A DNA stretch of 64,000 nucleotides from Trueperaceae bacterium (GCA_965215565.1 CBDCDZ010000004.1:1760001-1824000); one strand, 5' to 3'. Shown: positions 39,676 to 50,173, counted from the stretch's first letter. Numbers and translations are program-made. The notes: generated by a model from the sequence alone, not told the origin.

Positions 39676-39945
39676 TTGCGCAGTATCGTCACCGCGAAGC
39701 GGTTCGAGCGAGACTTAAAGAGGGCGAAAAAGCGCGGGAAAAACTTAGACAAGCTGTTCGGGCTCGTAGACAAACTTTGCGCAGATAAAGTGATTGAGGT
39801 GCGTCACCGCCCTCACGCCCTTACGGGTAACTGGCGACCTTTCTGGGAACTTCACATCGAACCTGACTGGCTTTTAGTCTACGAAGTGACCGGAGATGAA
39901 GTCTATCTCTACCGCACGGGAACCCACACAGACCTGTTTGAATGA
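39676..39945 (+). CDS. YafQ-family mRNA interferase toxin
   Basis: FERDLKR, HALTGNW, ELHIEPDWLLVY, RTGTHTDLF. Confidence 0.93.
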   Translation: MRSIVTAKRFERDLKRAKKRGKNLDKLFGLVDKLCADKVIEVRHRPHALTGNWRPFWELHIEPDWLLVYEVTGDEVYLYRTGTHTDLFE

Positions 39946-39991
39946 CCTTACAACGCTTCTTTCAAGCTTAAAATGTGTCAAACTCAGGGCT

Positions 39992-40960
39992 ATGAACGCC
40001 ATCCAGATCACCGAAAACGGCAACGCGGACGTGCTCCAACTCAGAGAGGTCGATACGCCTCAACCCGGTAAGGGCGAAGTCCTCATCAAAGTCGAAGCGG
40101 CAGGCTTAAACTTCATCGACATCTACCGCCGCGAAGGGCTCTACCCGGTCTCGCTGCCGCACATCCCCGGTAGCGAGGCGGCGGGCGTGGTGGAAGCGGT
40201 GGGCGAAGAGGTCACGGAAGTTCAAGTGGGAGACCGCGTCGCGAGCATCGGTTTTAGCGGCGCGTACGCCGAGTACGCTCTTGCGCCAGCTCAAACGCTC
40301 GTCAACGTACCAAAAGGCGTCAGCGGTGAGCAAGCGGGGGCGGTCATGCTCCAGGGAATGACGGCGCACTACCTCTCGCATACGACGTATCCACTTCAAG
40401 AGGACGACACCTGCTTGATTCACGCGGCGTCGGGTGGGACGGGTTTGCTGCTCGTGCAAATGGCGAAAAAGCGTGGAGCGCGGATCATTGGCACGGTCTC
40501 CACGGAAGAGAAGGAGCGCTTAGCGAGAGAGGCGGGCGCAGATGAAATCATACGCTACACCGAGCAAGATTTTGAGGAAGAGGTGGAGCGGCTTACAGAA
40601 GGCGAAGGCGTGCAAGTCGTCTACGATTCGGTTGGGAAGACGACGTTCGCCAAAGGTCTGGACTGCCTCGCCATGCGCGGGATGATGGTGCTCTTCGGGC
40701 AGTCGAGCGGGACGGTGGAGCCGTTTGAATTGCAGACGCTCAACGCGAAAGGGTCACTCTTTATAACGCGCCCCTCATTATTTCATTACGTTGCGAAACG
40801 CGACGAGCTTGTCGAGCGGGCGAAGGATGTGCTCGGATGGGTGGCGGCGGGTGAGCTTAGTGTGCGGATTGATTCGAAGTTGCCTCTTGCTGAAGCGGGT
40901 GAGGCGCATCGGCGGTTGGAGGGGCGTAAGACAGCCGGGAAGGTGCTGCTCGAGCCATGA
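39992..40960 (+). CDS. qor: NADPH:quinone oxidoreductase (zeta-crystallin type)
   Basis: GLNFIDIYRREGLY, HAASGGTG, YDSVGKTTF, GSLFITRPSL. Confidence 0.93.
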   Translation: MNAIQITENGNADVLQLREVDTPQPGKGEVLIKVEAAGLNFIDIYRREGLYPVSLPHIPGSEAAGVVEAVGEEVTEVQVGDRVASIGFSGAYAEYALAPAQTLVNVPKGVSGEQAGAVMLQGMTAHYLSHTTYPLQEDDTCLIHAASGGTGLLLVQMAKKRGARIIGTVSTEEKERLAREAGADEIIRYTEQDFEEEVERLTEGEGVQVVYDSVGKTTFAKGLDCLAMRGMMVLFGQSSGTVEPFELQTLNAKGSLFITRPSLFHYVAKRDELVERAKDVLGWVAAGELSVRIDSKLPLAEAGEAHRRLEGRKTAGKVLLEP

Positions 40961-41017
40961 CAGCAGGTCTAGCGGCTAGCGGGAACGCGCCACGCGTGAG
41001 GGCGGGACCACGCGACT

Positions 41018-41115
41018 TCATCTGGTCACAAACGCTCACAGTCTAAACAGTATCAGTAAGCATGTACATCGTAGGATGATACCTGCGTGACTCAAGCTCA
41101 GCGTTTTTGACAAGC
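41018..41115 (-). repeat. Diverged copy (G) of the 111 bp element
   Basis: TCATCTGGTCACAAACGCTC...GATGATACCTGCG...CTCAG matches the reverse complement of the copy at 45827. Confidence 0.6.
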
Positions 41116-41140
41116 AAGGTTGTTTCGGCAGTCAATCTGC

Positions 41141-41237
41141 GTAGGGGCGGGTTTGAAACCCGCCCCTACATAGCGTCGCATACGTTTGTAGTTTAGATAA
41201 CGTTACCCCGTAGGGACGATTCATGAATCATCCCTAC
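41141..41237. repeat. Pair of GTAG REP-like palindromes
   Basis: GTAGGGGCGGGTTTGAAACCCGCCCCTAC and GTAGGGACGATTCATGAATCATCCCTAC between convergent genes. Confidence 0.85.
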
Positions 41238-41250
41238 TACACCCAACTCA

Positions 41251-42471
41251 TCAGGTTCTAAAAATAACCTCTTCACGCTTAAAACTCCTCAACGCAAAGT
41301 CCAAGAGCAGCACGGTGTAGGCGAGGCTCGAGCCGTACGTCAGCAGCAGCGGCAAGGCTTCTGCGCTCCCTTTCACCAAGTCATCCATCACGATGAGCGT
41401 ATTCAGCACGGGGATGAGGTAGAGGATGGGGTTCGAGCCGAAGAAGTCCGCGAATTGCAAGCCAACCGCAGGCAAGATGAGCACAAACGAGAGCGGCGCG
41501 ACGTAGCTCTGCGCCTCTTTGAAGGAGCGAGCGAACATCGCAATGCTGATCAAGAGGGCGGCGATGAGCGCGGCGAGCAAGAGGGCGCTGACAATGAGCA
41601 TCACCACGCCAAACACACTCACGTTGAGCGCCCCACCCATCACGCTCACGATGTCTTGCGCCTCTTCCCCTTGAAGTCTGAAGAACTGACGGAGCACCGT
41701 CCCACCCAGCACATACCCTAAAATCGCCATGAGCGCGGCGGAGAGCCCGAACGTCATGGTGGCTAAAAACTTGCCCACCACCACTTCAGCGCGGCGCACC
41801 GGAGCAACTAAAAGGGACTCTAAAGTTCCCCGCTCCTTCTCCCCGGCAGTCGCGTCAATCGCGGTCATCTGCCCTCCGGCGAGCGTCCACACCGCGATGA
41901 AGAAGGGGATGAGCCAGGCGAGTTGACCGCTCGAGCGCTCCGCTTGAGAACTCGCGTCCTCACTCCTTACGGTGATGGGTTCTAAAACGCTCGGTTCCAA
42001 CCCCGCACCGCGCAACCTCTCAGCGACGAGCGTTTGCTGGTAGGTGCTGATAGCGTCCTCTAGTTTGCCCGCGCTCAGTTCGCTCCGCAAGTTGCCCGTC
42101 TTGCTGTACACGGTGAGTGCACTCTGTCCCTCTTGCAGTGAACGTTCAAACCCTTCTGGTACAGCTAGAGAGACCGCGAAGCCGCCCGCTCTCACTGCCG
42201 CTTCGGGGTTGTCTACAGGCGTAAAGACGATGCTCTGCGCTTCGATCTCACTGCGGAGGTCTTTTGGGAGGTTGCCTAAGCCTTGCACAGCTACTTCCGT
42301 GACGGTGGTCTGCTCGCGCTCGAAGAGCCCGCCGATGAGAAGCGGAAGTCCGAGCATCACCAGCGGTAAGACGAGCAAAGGGATGAGCAGGCTCGAGACG
42401 ATCGCCCGCCTGTCTCGCAAAGTCGAAAGAATCTCTTTTTGAGCGATGCGTAGAACGATTGTGGGTCTCAC
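41251..42471 (-). CDS. NatB-like ABC-2 exporter permease
   Basis: KEILSTLRDRR, AIDATAGEKERGTLESLL, ARSFKEAQSY. Confidence 0.92.
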   Translation of the reverse strand: MRPTIVLRIAQKEILSTLRDRRAIVSSLLIPLLVLPLVMLGLPLLIGGLFEREQTTVTEVAVQGLGNLPKDLRSEIEAQSIVFTPVDNPEAAVRAGGFAVSLAVPEGFERSLQEGQSALTVYSKTGNLRSELSAGKLEDAISTYQQTLVAERLRGAGLEPSVLEPITVRSEDASSQAERSSGQLAWLIPFFIAVWTLAGGQMTAIDATAGEKERGTLESLLVAPVRRAEVVVGKFLATMTFGLSAALMAILGYVLGGTVLRQFFRLQGEEAQDIVSVMGGALNVSVFGVVMLIVSALLLAALIAALLISIAMFARSFKEAQSYVAPLSFVLILPAVGLQFADFFGSNPILYLIPVLNTLIVMDDLVKGSAEALPLLLTYGSSLAYTVLLLDFALRSFKREEVIFRT

Positions 42472-43217
42472 GCGCTCACCTCTTGTTTTTCTGGGATTTG
42501 CGAACGCTCGATGAGGGTGAAGAAGGCGTCCTCGAGGTTCTTCGTCCCCGCTGTTTCTATAAGCTCGGGTACACTCCCCTTCGCAATCAACCTACCTCCG
42601 TAGATAATCGCCACACGGTCACACAGCTCTTCGACTTCGCTCATCACGTGCGTCGAATAGATGACCGCCCTGTCCTCGCTTGGATAGCGCTTCACGAAGT
42701 TCAGCACGGTGCGCCGCGCCATCACGTCCAGCCCGGAAGTGGCCTCGTCGAAGAAGATGATGGGCGGATCGTGAAGCACGGCTCTCGCGATGACGATCTT
42801 CTGCTTCATTCCAGTGGAAAAGTCGCCTGTGCACCGCGTCAAGGTAGAACCTAAGTCCAAAAGCTCATCTAAGACCGCCACGCGCGCCGCGATCTGCGCC
42901 CGGCTCATTCCATAGAGCCGTCCAAAGTAGCGCAGCACCTCTAAGCCCGTGAGCCGGTCGTAGAGCCCCATGCCGCCGTTGACAACACCGATTTCAGCGC
43001 GGACTCGTTCAGCGTCTTTTTTTACATCGTGACCGTTTACGGTGGCGCTACCCGCATCTGCTTGTAAGAGGGTCGCGAGAATGCGCAGCGTCGTGGTCTT
43101 GCCTGCGCCGTTCGGCCCCAAAAGACCGAAGACCTCGCCCGCAGGAACCGAAAAGCTCAGGTCACCTACCGCTTTGACCTCTCCGAATGTTTTGCTCAAG
43201 TTCGAGACGTGAATCAT
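42468..43217 (-). CDS. NatA-like ABC ATPase
   Basis: GPNGAGKTT, FSTGMKQK, FFDEATSGLD, YSTH. Confidence 0.93.
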   Translation of the reverse strand: MIHVSNLSKTFGEVKAVGDLSFSVPAGEVFGLLGPNGAGKTTTLRILATLLQADAGSATVNGHDVKKDAERVRAEIGVVNGGMGLYDRLTGLEVLRYFGRLYGMSRAQIAARVAVLDELLDLGSTLTRCTGDFSTGMKQKIVIARAVLHDPPIIFFDEATSGLDVMARRTVLNFVKRYPSEDRAVIYSTHVMSEVEELCDRVAIIYGGRLIAKGSVPELIETAGTKNLEDAFFTLIERSQIPEKQEVSA

Positions 43218-43270
43218 GACCTCATTGTAGAGGGTGCGTGCGTGAGAGGGAGAGAAGCGCGTCTCAGTAG

Positions 43271-44734
43271 TTACGCCGCCCGGTGCGCCTGTTCGGCAGG
43301 CTGATCCGAGAGGGGCAACATCACGGTGAAGACGGTCCCCTCGCCCAGCCCCGAATCGACTGTGACCTCGCCCTCGTGCTGCTTGACGATCCACTTGACG
43401 ATGGCTAGACCCAAGCCGCTGCCGTTGCCCCTGGTGGAGCGCGCGCCGTCCACGCGGTAGAAGCGGTCGAAGAGGTTGGGAATCGCCTCTTGCGGGATGC
43501 CGGGGCCGTCGTCTAAAACCTCTAAGCGCGCGCGCCCTTGCTCCTCGGAGAGCGAGATGGTGATGTGTTTGGAGCCTGCGTTGAGCGCGTTTTGCACCAA
43601 GTTCAGCACGACTTGTTTAAGCCGCGCCGCGTCCCCGGCGACTTCGATGAGGGGTTGGGGCGAGGTTACGGAAACCTCCGCGCCCTTCGCGACGGGGGCG
43701 ACTTCGCGGTGGACGGTCTCTACGACTTCGACGAGGTTCAAGGGCTCGCGCTCGACCTTAAAACCTGCGTCCGCTCGCGCGAGTTCCAAGAGGTCGTTGA
43801 CGAGCTTGCTCATCCGCGCCGCTTCATTGCGCACCGTCGCGAGTGACTCGGTCTGCTCCGGGCTCGGACTCGTGCGCCGCAGGAGGTAGTTGACGTGCCC
43901 GGCGATGACGGTCACGGGCGTGCGCAGTTCGTGGCTGGCGTCGGCGGTGAAGCGGCGCTGGGTGTCGAAGGACTCCTGGAGCCTATCGAGCATCCGGTTG
44001 AGCGTCACCGACAGCTCGCCCACCTCATCGCGGCTTTTAGGCACGGGCACGCGCTGCGAGAGGTCTTGAGAGCTGACCCTAGACGCCGCCGTCGTCACCC
44101 TTTTAAGCGGCAACAGGACACGCGAAGAGAGCAGATAAACCCCGAGCGCGAAGATAACAAAGGCGATGAGCACCGTATAGACCAAGTTGCGGCGGAGTTG
44201 CGCCAAGGTGTCTGTGGGTACGGGCAAGCCCACCGTGAGAAGCGTCGGCGCGTTGAGTGTGGCGACGCCCAACTGGAAGGTGCTCCTGCCCGCGCGCACC
44301 AAGAGTTCATCGCCGTCCTCCATGCTGATGCGTGTCACGAGCGAGCCGGTCTCGAGCAGGGTTTGGAAGTCGGTACTGCTCAGCCGGTCCAGAATGGTGT
44401 TGGTGGCGTTTGTCGCCACAAAGGTGTTGTAACCGCGCGGCCGCACGTACTGAAAGAGCGGCTGGAAATTCTCTTCACTCGTCGGCTGCAAGGCGAAATA
44501 GGTCACGTAGTAGATGCCGTCGCTGGACAACCCCTGCGCCCAACCGCTTAAAAAGCGCGGATTGGCGTTTTCCTGAACGTTCGAGAAGAGGTCGCGGTAG
44601 GTCTGGTTCGCTCTCGTCTCTACCGACTCCAAAATGGAGCGCTGCGTAAAGCCGTAAACGACGGCGGCGGCGACGGTTAAAACAAAGGCCAGAAAAAGCG
44701 TGAAAAAGAGGGTGAGGCGAATTCTCAGGGACAT
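43271..44734 (-). CDS. HAMP-domain sensor histidine kinase
   Basis: Two TMs, HAMP, FTADASHELRTP, NLVQNA, DDGPGI, FDRFYR, GSGLGL. Confidence 0.96.
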   Translation of the reverse strand: MSLRIRLTLFFTLFLAFVLTVAAAVVYGFTQRSILESVETRANQTYRDLFSNVQENANPRFLSGWAQGLSSDGIYYVTYFALQPTSEENFQPLFQYVRPRGYNTFVATNATNTILDRLSSTDFQTLLETGSLVTRISMEDGDELLVRAGRSTFQLGVATLNAPTLLTVGLPVPTDTLAQLRRNLVYTVLIAFVIFALGVYLLSSRVLLPLKRVTTAASRVSSQDLSQRVPVPKSRDEVGELSVTLNRMLDRLQESFDTQRRFTADASHELRTPVTVIAGHVNYLLRRTSPSPEQTESLATVRNEAARMSKLVNDLLELARADAGFKVEREPLNLVEVVETVHREVAPVAKGAEVSVTSPQPLIEVAGDAARLKQVVLNLVQNALNAGSKHITISLSEEQGRARLEVLDDGPGIPQEAIPNLFDRFYRVDGARSTRGNGSGLGLAIVKWIVKQHEGEVTVDSGLGEGTVFTVMLPLSDQPAEQAHRAA

Positions 44735-45017
44735 GCGGGAGTTCTCCAGGTCCCCACTTTTACTCGCAGTGTTGTGCGCACGTGACGCCCGAGAGCGTAC
44801 ACGACGCCCGATATTGATTGATGCCATAATTTTCTCGCGGGTTGACTCACTTTGACCTAAAGATGAAATGTTTGCAGTGCTCGTTACGGCGTTAAAGGCA
44901 GTCTATCGCCTCAGTATGAGAATAGAAAGTAATGGGCGCAGTGCGGCGACGGTGTGGCAATTTTCACCCCACCCGTGACGCCTTGTCCGCACGCCTCATC
45001 GCCGCGCTTGTGCGAGG

Positions 45018-45695
45018 TTACTCTTCTCTCAGTACGTACCCCACGCCGCGCACGGTGTGGATGAGGCGGCGCTCGCCCTCGCCCTCCAGCTTACGGCGCA
45101 AGTAGCCGACGTACACGTCCACGACGTTGCTGCCACCCGTGTACTCGGGCCAGACCTTCTCCTCGATTTCGAAGCGGTTAAAGACCTTACCGGGGTTGCG
45201 GGCGAAAAGCTCTAAAAGTTCGAACTCTTTGGCGGACAGCTCGATGCGGCGGCCGTCGCGGAAGACCTCGCGCCCGTCCAAGTTCATGACCAGATCAGCG
45301 ACGCGCACCTCACCTGTGACGGCAGGATTGACGCGGCGCAGGTGCGCACGCACGCGGGCTAGAAGCTCCTCGATGGAGAAGGGTTTGACCAGGTAGTCGT
45401 CCGCGCCCGAGTCGAGCCCCATGACCTTGTCGTCCACGCTGTCTTTGGCGGTCAGGATGATGATGGGGGTGTTGCTCGTTTTGCGGATGCGGCGCGCCAC
45501 CTCGAGCCCGTCCAAAACGGGCAACATAAGGTCCAACACGACGAGATCAGGGTTGAGTTCGCGGAACTTGGACAAGCCCGTGACTCCGTCATAGGTGACG
45601 TTGGTCTCGTAAGACTCGGCTTGCAGCTCCAGGTCGATAAATTTTGCGATGTCTTTTTCGTCCTCTACGATAAGGACGAGCGGTTTACGGTCCAT
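45018..45695 (-). CDS. OmpR-family response regulator
   Basis: VEDE, LDLMLP, LTAKD, KPFS, TVRGVGY. Confidence 0.97.
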   Translation of the reverse strand: MDRKPLVLIVEDEKDIAKFIDLELQAESYETNVTYDGVTGLSKFRELNPDLVVLDLMLPVLDGLEVARRIRKTSNTPIIILTAKDSVDDKVMGLDSGADDYLVKPFSIEELLARVRAHLRRVNPAVTGEVRVADLVMNLDGREVFRDGRRIELSAKEFELLELFARNPGKVFNRFEIEEKVWPEYTGGSNVVDVYVGYLRRKLEGEGERRLIHTVRGVGYVLREE

Positions 45696-45826
45696 AAGGT
45701 GATTATAGTCACCTCCACTATGAGAGACTTAATGAGAAAGTGAGAGGAAACTCAGACTTCCTCTCACTTTACACTCACACATAGTGCGTTAGCTCGGTCT
45801 TTACGTATTATGTTTAGGGTAAAGAT

Positions 45827-45904
45827 CGCAGTTATCATCTCAGAACGTGTATGTTGCGCAATATTTTTATAGTGAGAGCGTTTGTGACCAGATGATACCT
45901 GCTA
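45827..45904 (+). repeat. Partial copy (E) of the 111 bp element
   Basis: CGCAGTTATCATCTCAGAA...CCAGATGATACCTGCTA ending 3 nt from the luxS stop. Confidence 0.75.
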
Positions 45905-45907
45905 TTG

Positions 45908-46387
45908 CTAGCTCAGCGGAACCGTGGGCTGCACGATGATATCTCGTTTGAGAATATCCTCCGCCCACGCCTTTGCGCCTAAGAGAGAATGGTCGCGGTA
46001 GTTGCCGCATTCCAACTCGCTGCAACCCGGAATCGGTCCGTCGTGAAGGGTAATCGCCTTAAGCGCGTGACCGAGCGCCTCCCTAACCTCTTCTTCGTTC
46101 GGTTCTCCTAACGCAGTGAGGTAGAAGCCCGTGCGACACCCCATCGGGCTCGCGTCAACGATATTGTCGCCGAGTTCGTCGCGCAAGTAGCCCGCCATGA
46201 GGTGCTCGATGGTGTGCAGCGCGGCGGTAGGCACTTCGGCTTGGTTGGGTTGCACGAGGCGCAAATCGAATTTGCGCACCTCGTCCCCCTTGGGTCCGGT
46301 GTAGCGCCCCGCCAAGCGGACGTAAGGGGCGCGAACTTTGGTATGGTCTAGGTTAAAGGATTCGACAGCCGTTTTAGGTTGAGCCAT
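45908..46387 (-). CDS. luxS: S-ribosylhomocysteine lyase
   Basis: VESFNLDHTKV, LHTIEHL, SPMGCRTGFY, CGNYRDHSL. Confidence 0.98.
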   Translation of the reverse strand: MAQPKTAVESFNLDHTKVRAPYVRLAGRYTGPKGDEVRKFDLRLVQPNQAEVPTAALHTIEHLMAGYLRDELGDNIVDASPMGCRTGFYLTALGEPNEEEVREALGHALKAITLHDGPIPGCSELECGNYRDHSLLGAKAWAEDILKRDIIVQPTVPLS

Positions 46388-46462
46388 GAGGTGAGTATAG
46401 CGGGCTCGCGCGGCTGTGTGTAGCCTAGGGCCTACGAAACCGAATGCGAACTGCGTGTTTTA

Positions 46463-46573
46463 TGGCAGTTCCACAACACGTTGAGACAAAGTCGCGCAGG
46501 CATCATCTCAGAATGTGCGTACTGGACACTACCTCTTTCAGTGAGGGTGTAGCTGACCAGATGATACCTGCTA
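46463..46573 (+). repeat. 111 bp dispersed element, copy C
   Basis: TGGCAGTTCCACAAC...GCAGGCATCATC...CCAGATGATACCTGCTA; same length as copies A and B; abuts the stop codon at 46574. Confidence 0.85.
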
Positions 46574-46792
46574 CTACATGCCGAGCCCGGTGTCTGAGTA
46601 GCGCCCTAATATCCCGAACATAAAGAGAAGGCTCCCCATCGCGAAAAAGGCGAAACCCAACATTACGAAAATGCCCGCGCCGCCCCCGCCAATCATCGCT
46701 TTGCCCGGTTTGTTGGTTCTAAGCGCGTAAACAAGCGAAGCCACACCTAGAACGACGAGAAGAATACCCAAAATAAGATTAAACGTGATCAT
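46574..46792 (-). CDS. Small two-TM hypothetical protein
   Basis: AGGGGG RBS; two hydrophobic helices. Confidence 0.7.
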   Translation of the reverse strand: MITFNLILGILLVVLGVASLVYALRTNKPGKAMIGGGGAGIFVMLGFAFFAMGSLLFMFGILGRYSDTGLGM

Positions 46793-46857
46793 GCTTTTCC
46801 CCCTAAAGCTCGTATGTCCTTAAAGTGTAGAGGGTGACGCCGAGAAAGGCAAGGGGA

Positions 46858-46898
46858 AAAAAGAAGAGCGCTACGCTTATAGGTCAAGCGTAGCGCTT
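46858..46898 (-). terminator. Intrinsic terminator after the tRNA
   Basis: AGCGCTACGCTT...AAGCGTAGCGCT hairpin followed by a U-rich tract on the minus strand. Confidence 0.75.
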
Positions 46899-46903
46899 TA
46901 TAA

Positions 46904-46974
46904 CTGCCCCACGAGGATTCGAACCTCGATCAACGGAACCAAAATCCGGTGTCCTGCCGTTAGACGATGGGGCA
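46904..46974 (-). tRNA. tRNA-Gln (TTG)
   Basis: Cloverleaf TGCCCCA...GTCTAACGGCAGGAC...CGGA-TTTTGGT-TCCG...CGAGGTTCGAATCCTCG-TGGGGCAG; CCA not encoded. Confidence 0.95.
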
Positions 46975-47162
46975 ATGTGGAGATCACCTCTCTGGACAGT
47001 TCCGTGCGCGAAGCGCGCAAACATAATTTTATAAAGTCAGGGGGTGCTGTGTCAAGTCTCGAGGCCCACAAGGTGGGGGGCAGGAGGGGGAGTGGCAAGT
47101 CATTCCTCTGCCTCCTCTATTCTGCGTTCCCCTCTACGCTAACGCTATTTCGCCCTTCTGTG

Positions 47163-48248
47163 TCAGCGTGCCTCCAACCTCACCCCTGGCACGTCGCCGA
47201 GCAGTTTGATAGCTCCGTCCACTTGCCCCAACATGTGACGCTGCAAAAAGCCGAGCGCCGCGTGTTTGACGAGGTCGCCGACGCGCTCTTTGTCCCATAC
47301 AGCGTCGCTCACGTGCGCCCACGCCGCCTCATTCAGCCGCGACTCGGGTAAGCCCGGATTCGTGAAGAGGTTGTGTCCGCCGCGCTCAAAGACCATCAGG
47401 TGGACCTCTTCCGATGAAACGTGCTCGAAGATGCGCCTCGAGTCCCGCTCTAGCGGCGCGACGTCGTCGTATTCGCCCACCGCGATAAAAAGCGGCAACG
47501 AGACCTGCGCAAGCTCTAAAATCGGCGCGTTCCAAGGAGCCATCACGAAAGCCGCCTTGAGCCGCGCGTCGCCCTGCCAACCCTTTTGCTTGCCTCTAGC
47601 GGGCTCCAACCTCTCCCGGAAGCCGAGCGCGTAGCCGATGTTGTCTTCGCGGCTCGAGTTCGCTTTAAGCTGCTCGAAGTCGAAGCCCGCGCCGCAACTC
47701 GCCAGCGCCGTGTAGCCGCCGAACGAGTAGCCGACGACGGCGGCGCGTTCCGTATTCGCCACGCCTCCAAAGCTTTTCTCGAGTTTGTCCAGCACAAACG
47801 AGACGTCGAGAGGTCGGTCTATGAGCCCGGAGATGTAGGCTTGCTCGTCGAAGTCTCCGTAGGTCGTGGCGGTAAAGTCGATTGCGCAGACAAAAAAGCC
47901 GTGCGAAGCGAGGTGTTCGCACAAGTAGGTGGCTTGGAGCCTCGAGCCCGGCGCGCCGTGCGCGTAGATGACCGTCGGCGCACCTTGGACGTTGGGTTCT
48001 CTGTTCCTGAGCGCCCGCCCCGCGAAACTCACCTGCTCGCTGAGTCCGTGCCAGGAGACGGGGCCGTATTCCGTCGCTTCTTGTGTGCCCTCCGGCACCT
48101 CGGCAGGATACCAACATTCAACCGTAAGAGGTCTGTTGCGGGATTCATCAAAGAAGGCCTCTGTAGTGACGCCGACGCCGCGTGGTCCGCGTTGAGCGAG
48201 GGGAAGGGCGTCAGGGCGCAGGGGTAACAAAGCTTTAGAGCGGTCCAT
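47163..48248 (-). CDS. Alpha/beta hydrolase (dienelactone hydrolase / PAF-AH-like)
   Basis: YAHGAPGSR, HLASHGF, DRPLDVSF, GYSFGG nucleophile elbow, D and H triad residues. Confidence 0.88.
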   Translation of the reverse strand: MDRSKALLPLRPDALPLAQRGPRGVGVTTEAFFDESRNRPLTVECWYPAEVPEGTQEATEYGPVSWHGLSEQVSFAGRALRNREPNVQGAPTVIYAHGAPGSRLQATYLCEHLASHGFFVCAIDFTATTYGDFDEQAYISGLIDRPLDVSFVLDKLEKSFGGVANTERAAVVGYSFGGYTALASCGAGFDFEQLKANSSREDNIGYALGFRERLEPARGKQKGWQGDARLKAAFVMAPWNAPILELAQVSLPLFIAVGEYDDVAPLERDSRRIFEHVSSEEVHLMVFERGGHNLFTNPGLPESRLNEAAWAHVSDAVWDKERVGDLVKHAALGFLQRHMLGQVDGAIKLLGDVPGVRLEAR

Positions 48249-48287
48249 AGCACCTCATGTGTTCACGCGGAATATGTTCGTGCGGAC

Positions 48288-48749
48288 TTACCTGAAAGCG
48301 AGTTCCGCTAAAGCGAGCGCCGTCCACTGCCGAATCTCTTCGGTCAGCTCGAGCTTGTCCAAGTCCGCCTGAGCATACCAGCCCAAGCTGGGGTCGGTCT
48401 CGAGCAGCGCACCCTCATACCCGTCAGTAGGTCGCGCGAAGTAGATAAGGTCGATGTGTTCGTGGTCAGGAGAGATGGTCTCTAGCTGTATCCCCCTCGG
48501 TCTCACGAGTTGCTTGGGCTCGTGAACGTTCAAGGTTCTTTCGCCCACAAGCTCAACCGCTACGCCCGACTCCTCCAACACTTCGCGCACCGCCGCCTCA
48601 TCGGGTAGTTCATCCTTTTCGATATGACCGCCACAAGGAAACCACGCCTGTGACTTTTTGTGCCAGTGGAGCAAGACACAGCCGCGCCACACGACAAAGG
48701 TGGTGGCGGTGAAGTCTCGAGAGGTAGTTGCGTTATTGGTTTGATTCAT
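48288..48749 (-). CDS. NUDIX hydrolase
   Basis: GGHIEKDELPDEAAVREVLEESG Nudix box. Confidence 0.93.
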   Translation of the reverse strand: MNQTNNATTSRDFTATTFVVWRGCVLLHWHKKSQAWFPCGGHIEKDELPDEAAVREVLEESGVAVELVGERTLNVHEPKQLVRPRGIQLETISPDHEHIDLIYFARPTDGYEGALLETDPSLGWYAQADLDKLELTEEIRQWTALALAELAFR

Positions 48750-48838
48750 GAGGTAGTTGGCTTGCGCCGCTCTACAGGGGCTCCTAGCCATTAGCTGTTA
48801 GCCTTTAGCTAAAACCTAAAAGCTAACGGCTAACAGCT

Positions 48839-50173
48839 TCATCCCGCCATCATCAGTGGGACGGTCTCGACTCGGTGACCTCTCGCCGTGCCGTAGAGCG
48901 TATGCGGCGTCGCCGTGTCGATATTGACGGTGTAAAGCCCCATCTCTTTCACTTGATCTCGCGGTACTAAAGCCGTGTGGTTTTGGTCCGAGTGACCTAC
49001 GACGTAATCGCCGTCGGTAGCAGGCTCACGGATGAGCACCTGCAACTCGCGCCCTACCCACCGCTGATTTTTGATATAGGACCAGTGCTTCTGTCGCTCA
49101 ATGAGGCGTTGCAACCGCTCCGTCTTCGCCTTGCGCGGCATGTCGTCAAAGTATTTATACGAGGGCGTGCCGGGGCGCGCGGAATACATGAACATGTACG
49201 CGCTGTCGTACTGGACCTCTTCGTACAGCGACAAGGTCTGTTCAAAATCCTCTTCCGTTTCGCCGGGGAAGCCCACGATGATGTCTGTAGAAATCACCAC
49301 GTCCTCAACCTTGTCCTTAATCTCACGGATGATATCCAGGTAGCGCTCGCGGCGGTACTCCCGCGCCATGCGCCGCAAGACCTTATCGCTGCCCGACTGC
49401 ACGGGCAGGTGAATGTAGTTGCAGACGTTAGGCGTCTCCGCCATCGCGTCAATGACATCCGATGTGAAATTCATCGGGTGCGAGGTGGTGAACTTGACGC
49501 GGGGGATGCCGGTGCTCGAGACGAGTCGCAACAGTTCTGCGAAAGAGGGCAAATCATCCCGCCCGAGCCCGTACGAGTTGACGTTTTGCCCTAGGAGGTA
49601 AATCTCCTGAACGCCCGCCGCTTTCATAGCAAACGCTTCGGTCATGATCGACTCCACCGAGCGGCTCACTTCAGGACCTCTCGTTTGCGGCACGATGCAG
49701 TAGGTACAGTGGTGGTTGCAGCCGCGCATGATGGTCAAGAAGCCCGTAAGCGTGTGCGGCGCGGGCGTGATGACCTCGTGGAGCGCGTCGCTAAACTCCA
49801 ACGAGCGAAAGCGCTCCTGTCCCTTTTCGATGGCGTCAATTGCCGGAATCACGTCTGTGATTGCGCCGGGACCAATAAGGATATCCACACCAAACTTCTC
49901 GGCGATCTCTTGACCCTCGTCTAACTGCGCCAAGCAGCCCATCAAGCCTACCGTCAAGTCGCGCCCTGCCCGCTTCTCTTTACGTAATTCGCCCAAGAGC
50001 GTCACAACTTTCTCGACGGGCTTGCCGCGCACGGCGCAGGTATTCAGGATAATGAGGTTGGCGTCTTGTGGGCTGTCCACGAGCTGATGTCCACCCGCCA
50101 CGAGTTCGGAGGTGATGGTGTGGGTGTCGTATTCGTTCATCTGGCAGCCGTAGGTGATGACATTCGCCCTCAT
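48839..50173 (-). CDS. miaB: tRNA-2-methylthio-N6-isopentenyladenosine synthase
   Basis: [38 protein letters not shown]-terminal TRAM. Confidence 0.97.
   Translation of the reverse strand: MRANVITYGCQMNEYDTHTITSELVAGGHQLVDSPQDANLIILNTCAVRGKPVEKVVTLLGELRKEKRAGRDLTVGLMGCLAQLDEGQEIAEKFGVDILIGPGAITDVIPAIDAIEKGQERFRSLEFSDALHEVITPAPHTLTGFLTIMRGCNHHCTYCIVPQTRGPEVSRSVESIMTEAFAMKAAGVQEIYLLGQNVNSYGLGRDDLPSFAELLRLVSSTGIPRVKFTTSHPMNFTSDVIDAMAETPNVCNYIHLPVQSGSDKVLRRMAREYRRERYLDIIREIKDKVEDVVISTDIIVGFPGETEEDFEQTLSLYEEVQYDSAYMFMYSARPGTPSYKYFDDMPRKAKTERLQRLIERQKHWSYIKNQRWVGRELQVLIREPATDGDYVVGHSDQNHTALVPRDQVKEMGLYTVNIDTATPHTLYGTARGHRVETVPLMMAG

Noticed and set aside
46904..46974. tRNA as an island integration site
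   Set aside because: No integrase and no duplicated tRNA 3' end in the window.
46898..47098. 66-aa ORF over the tRNA
   Set aside because: Shadow ORF overlapping tRNA-Gln.
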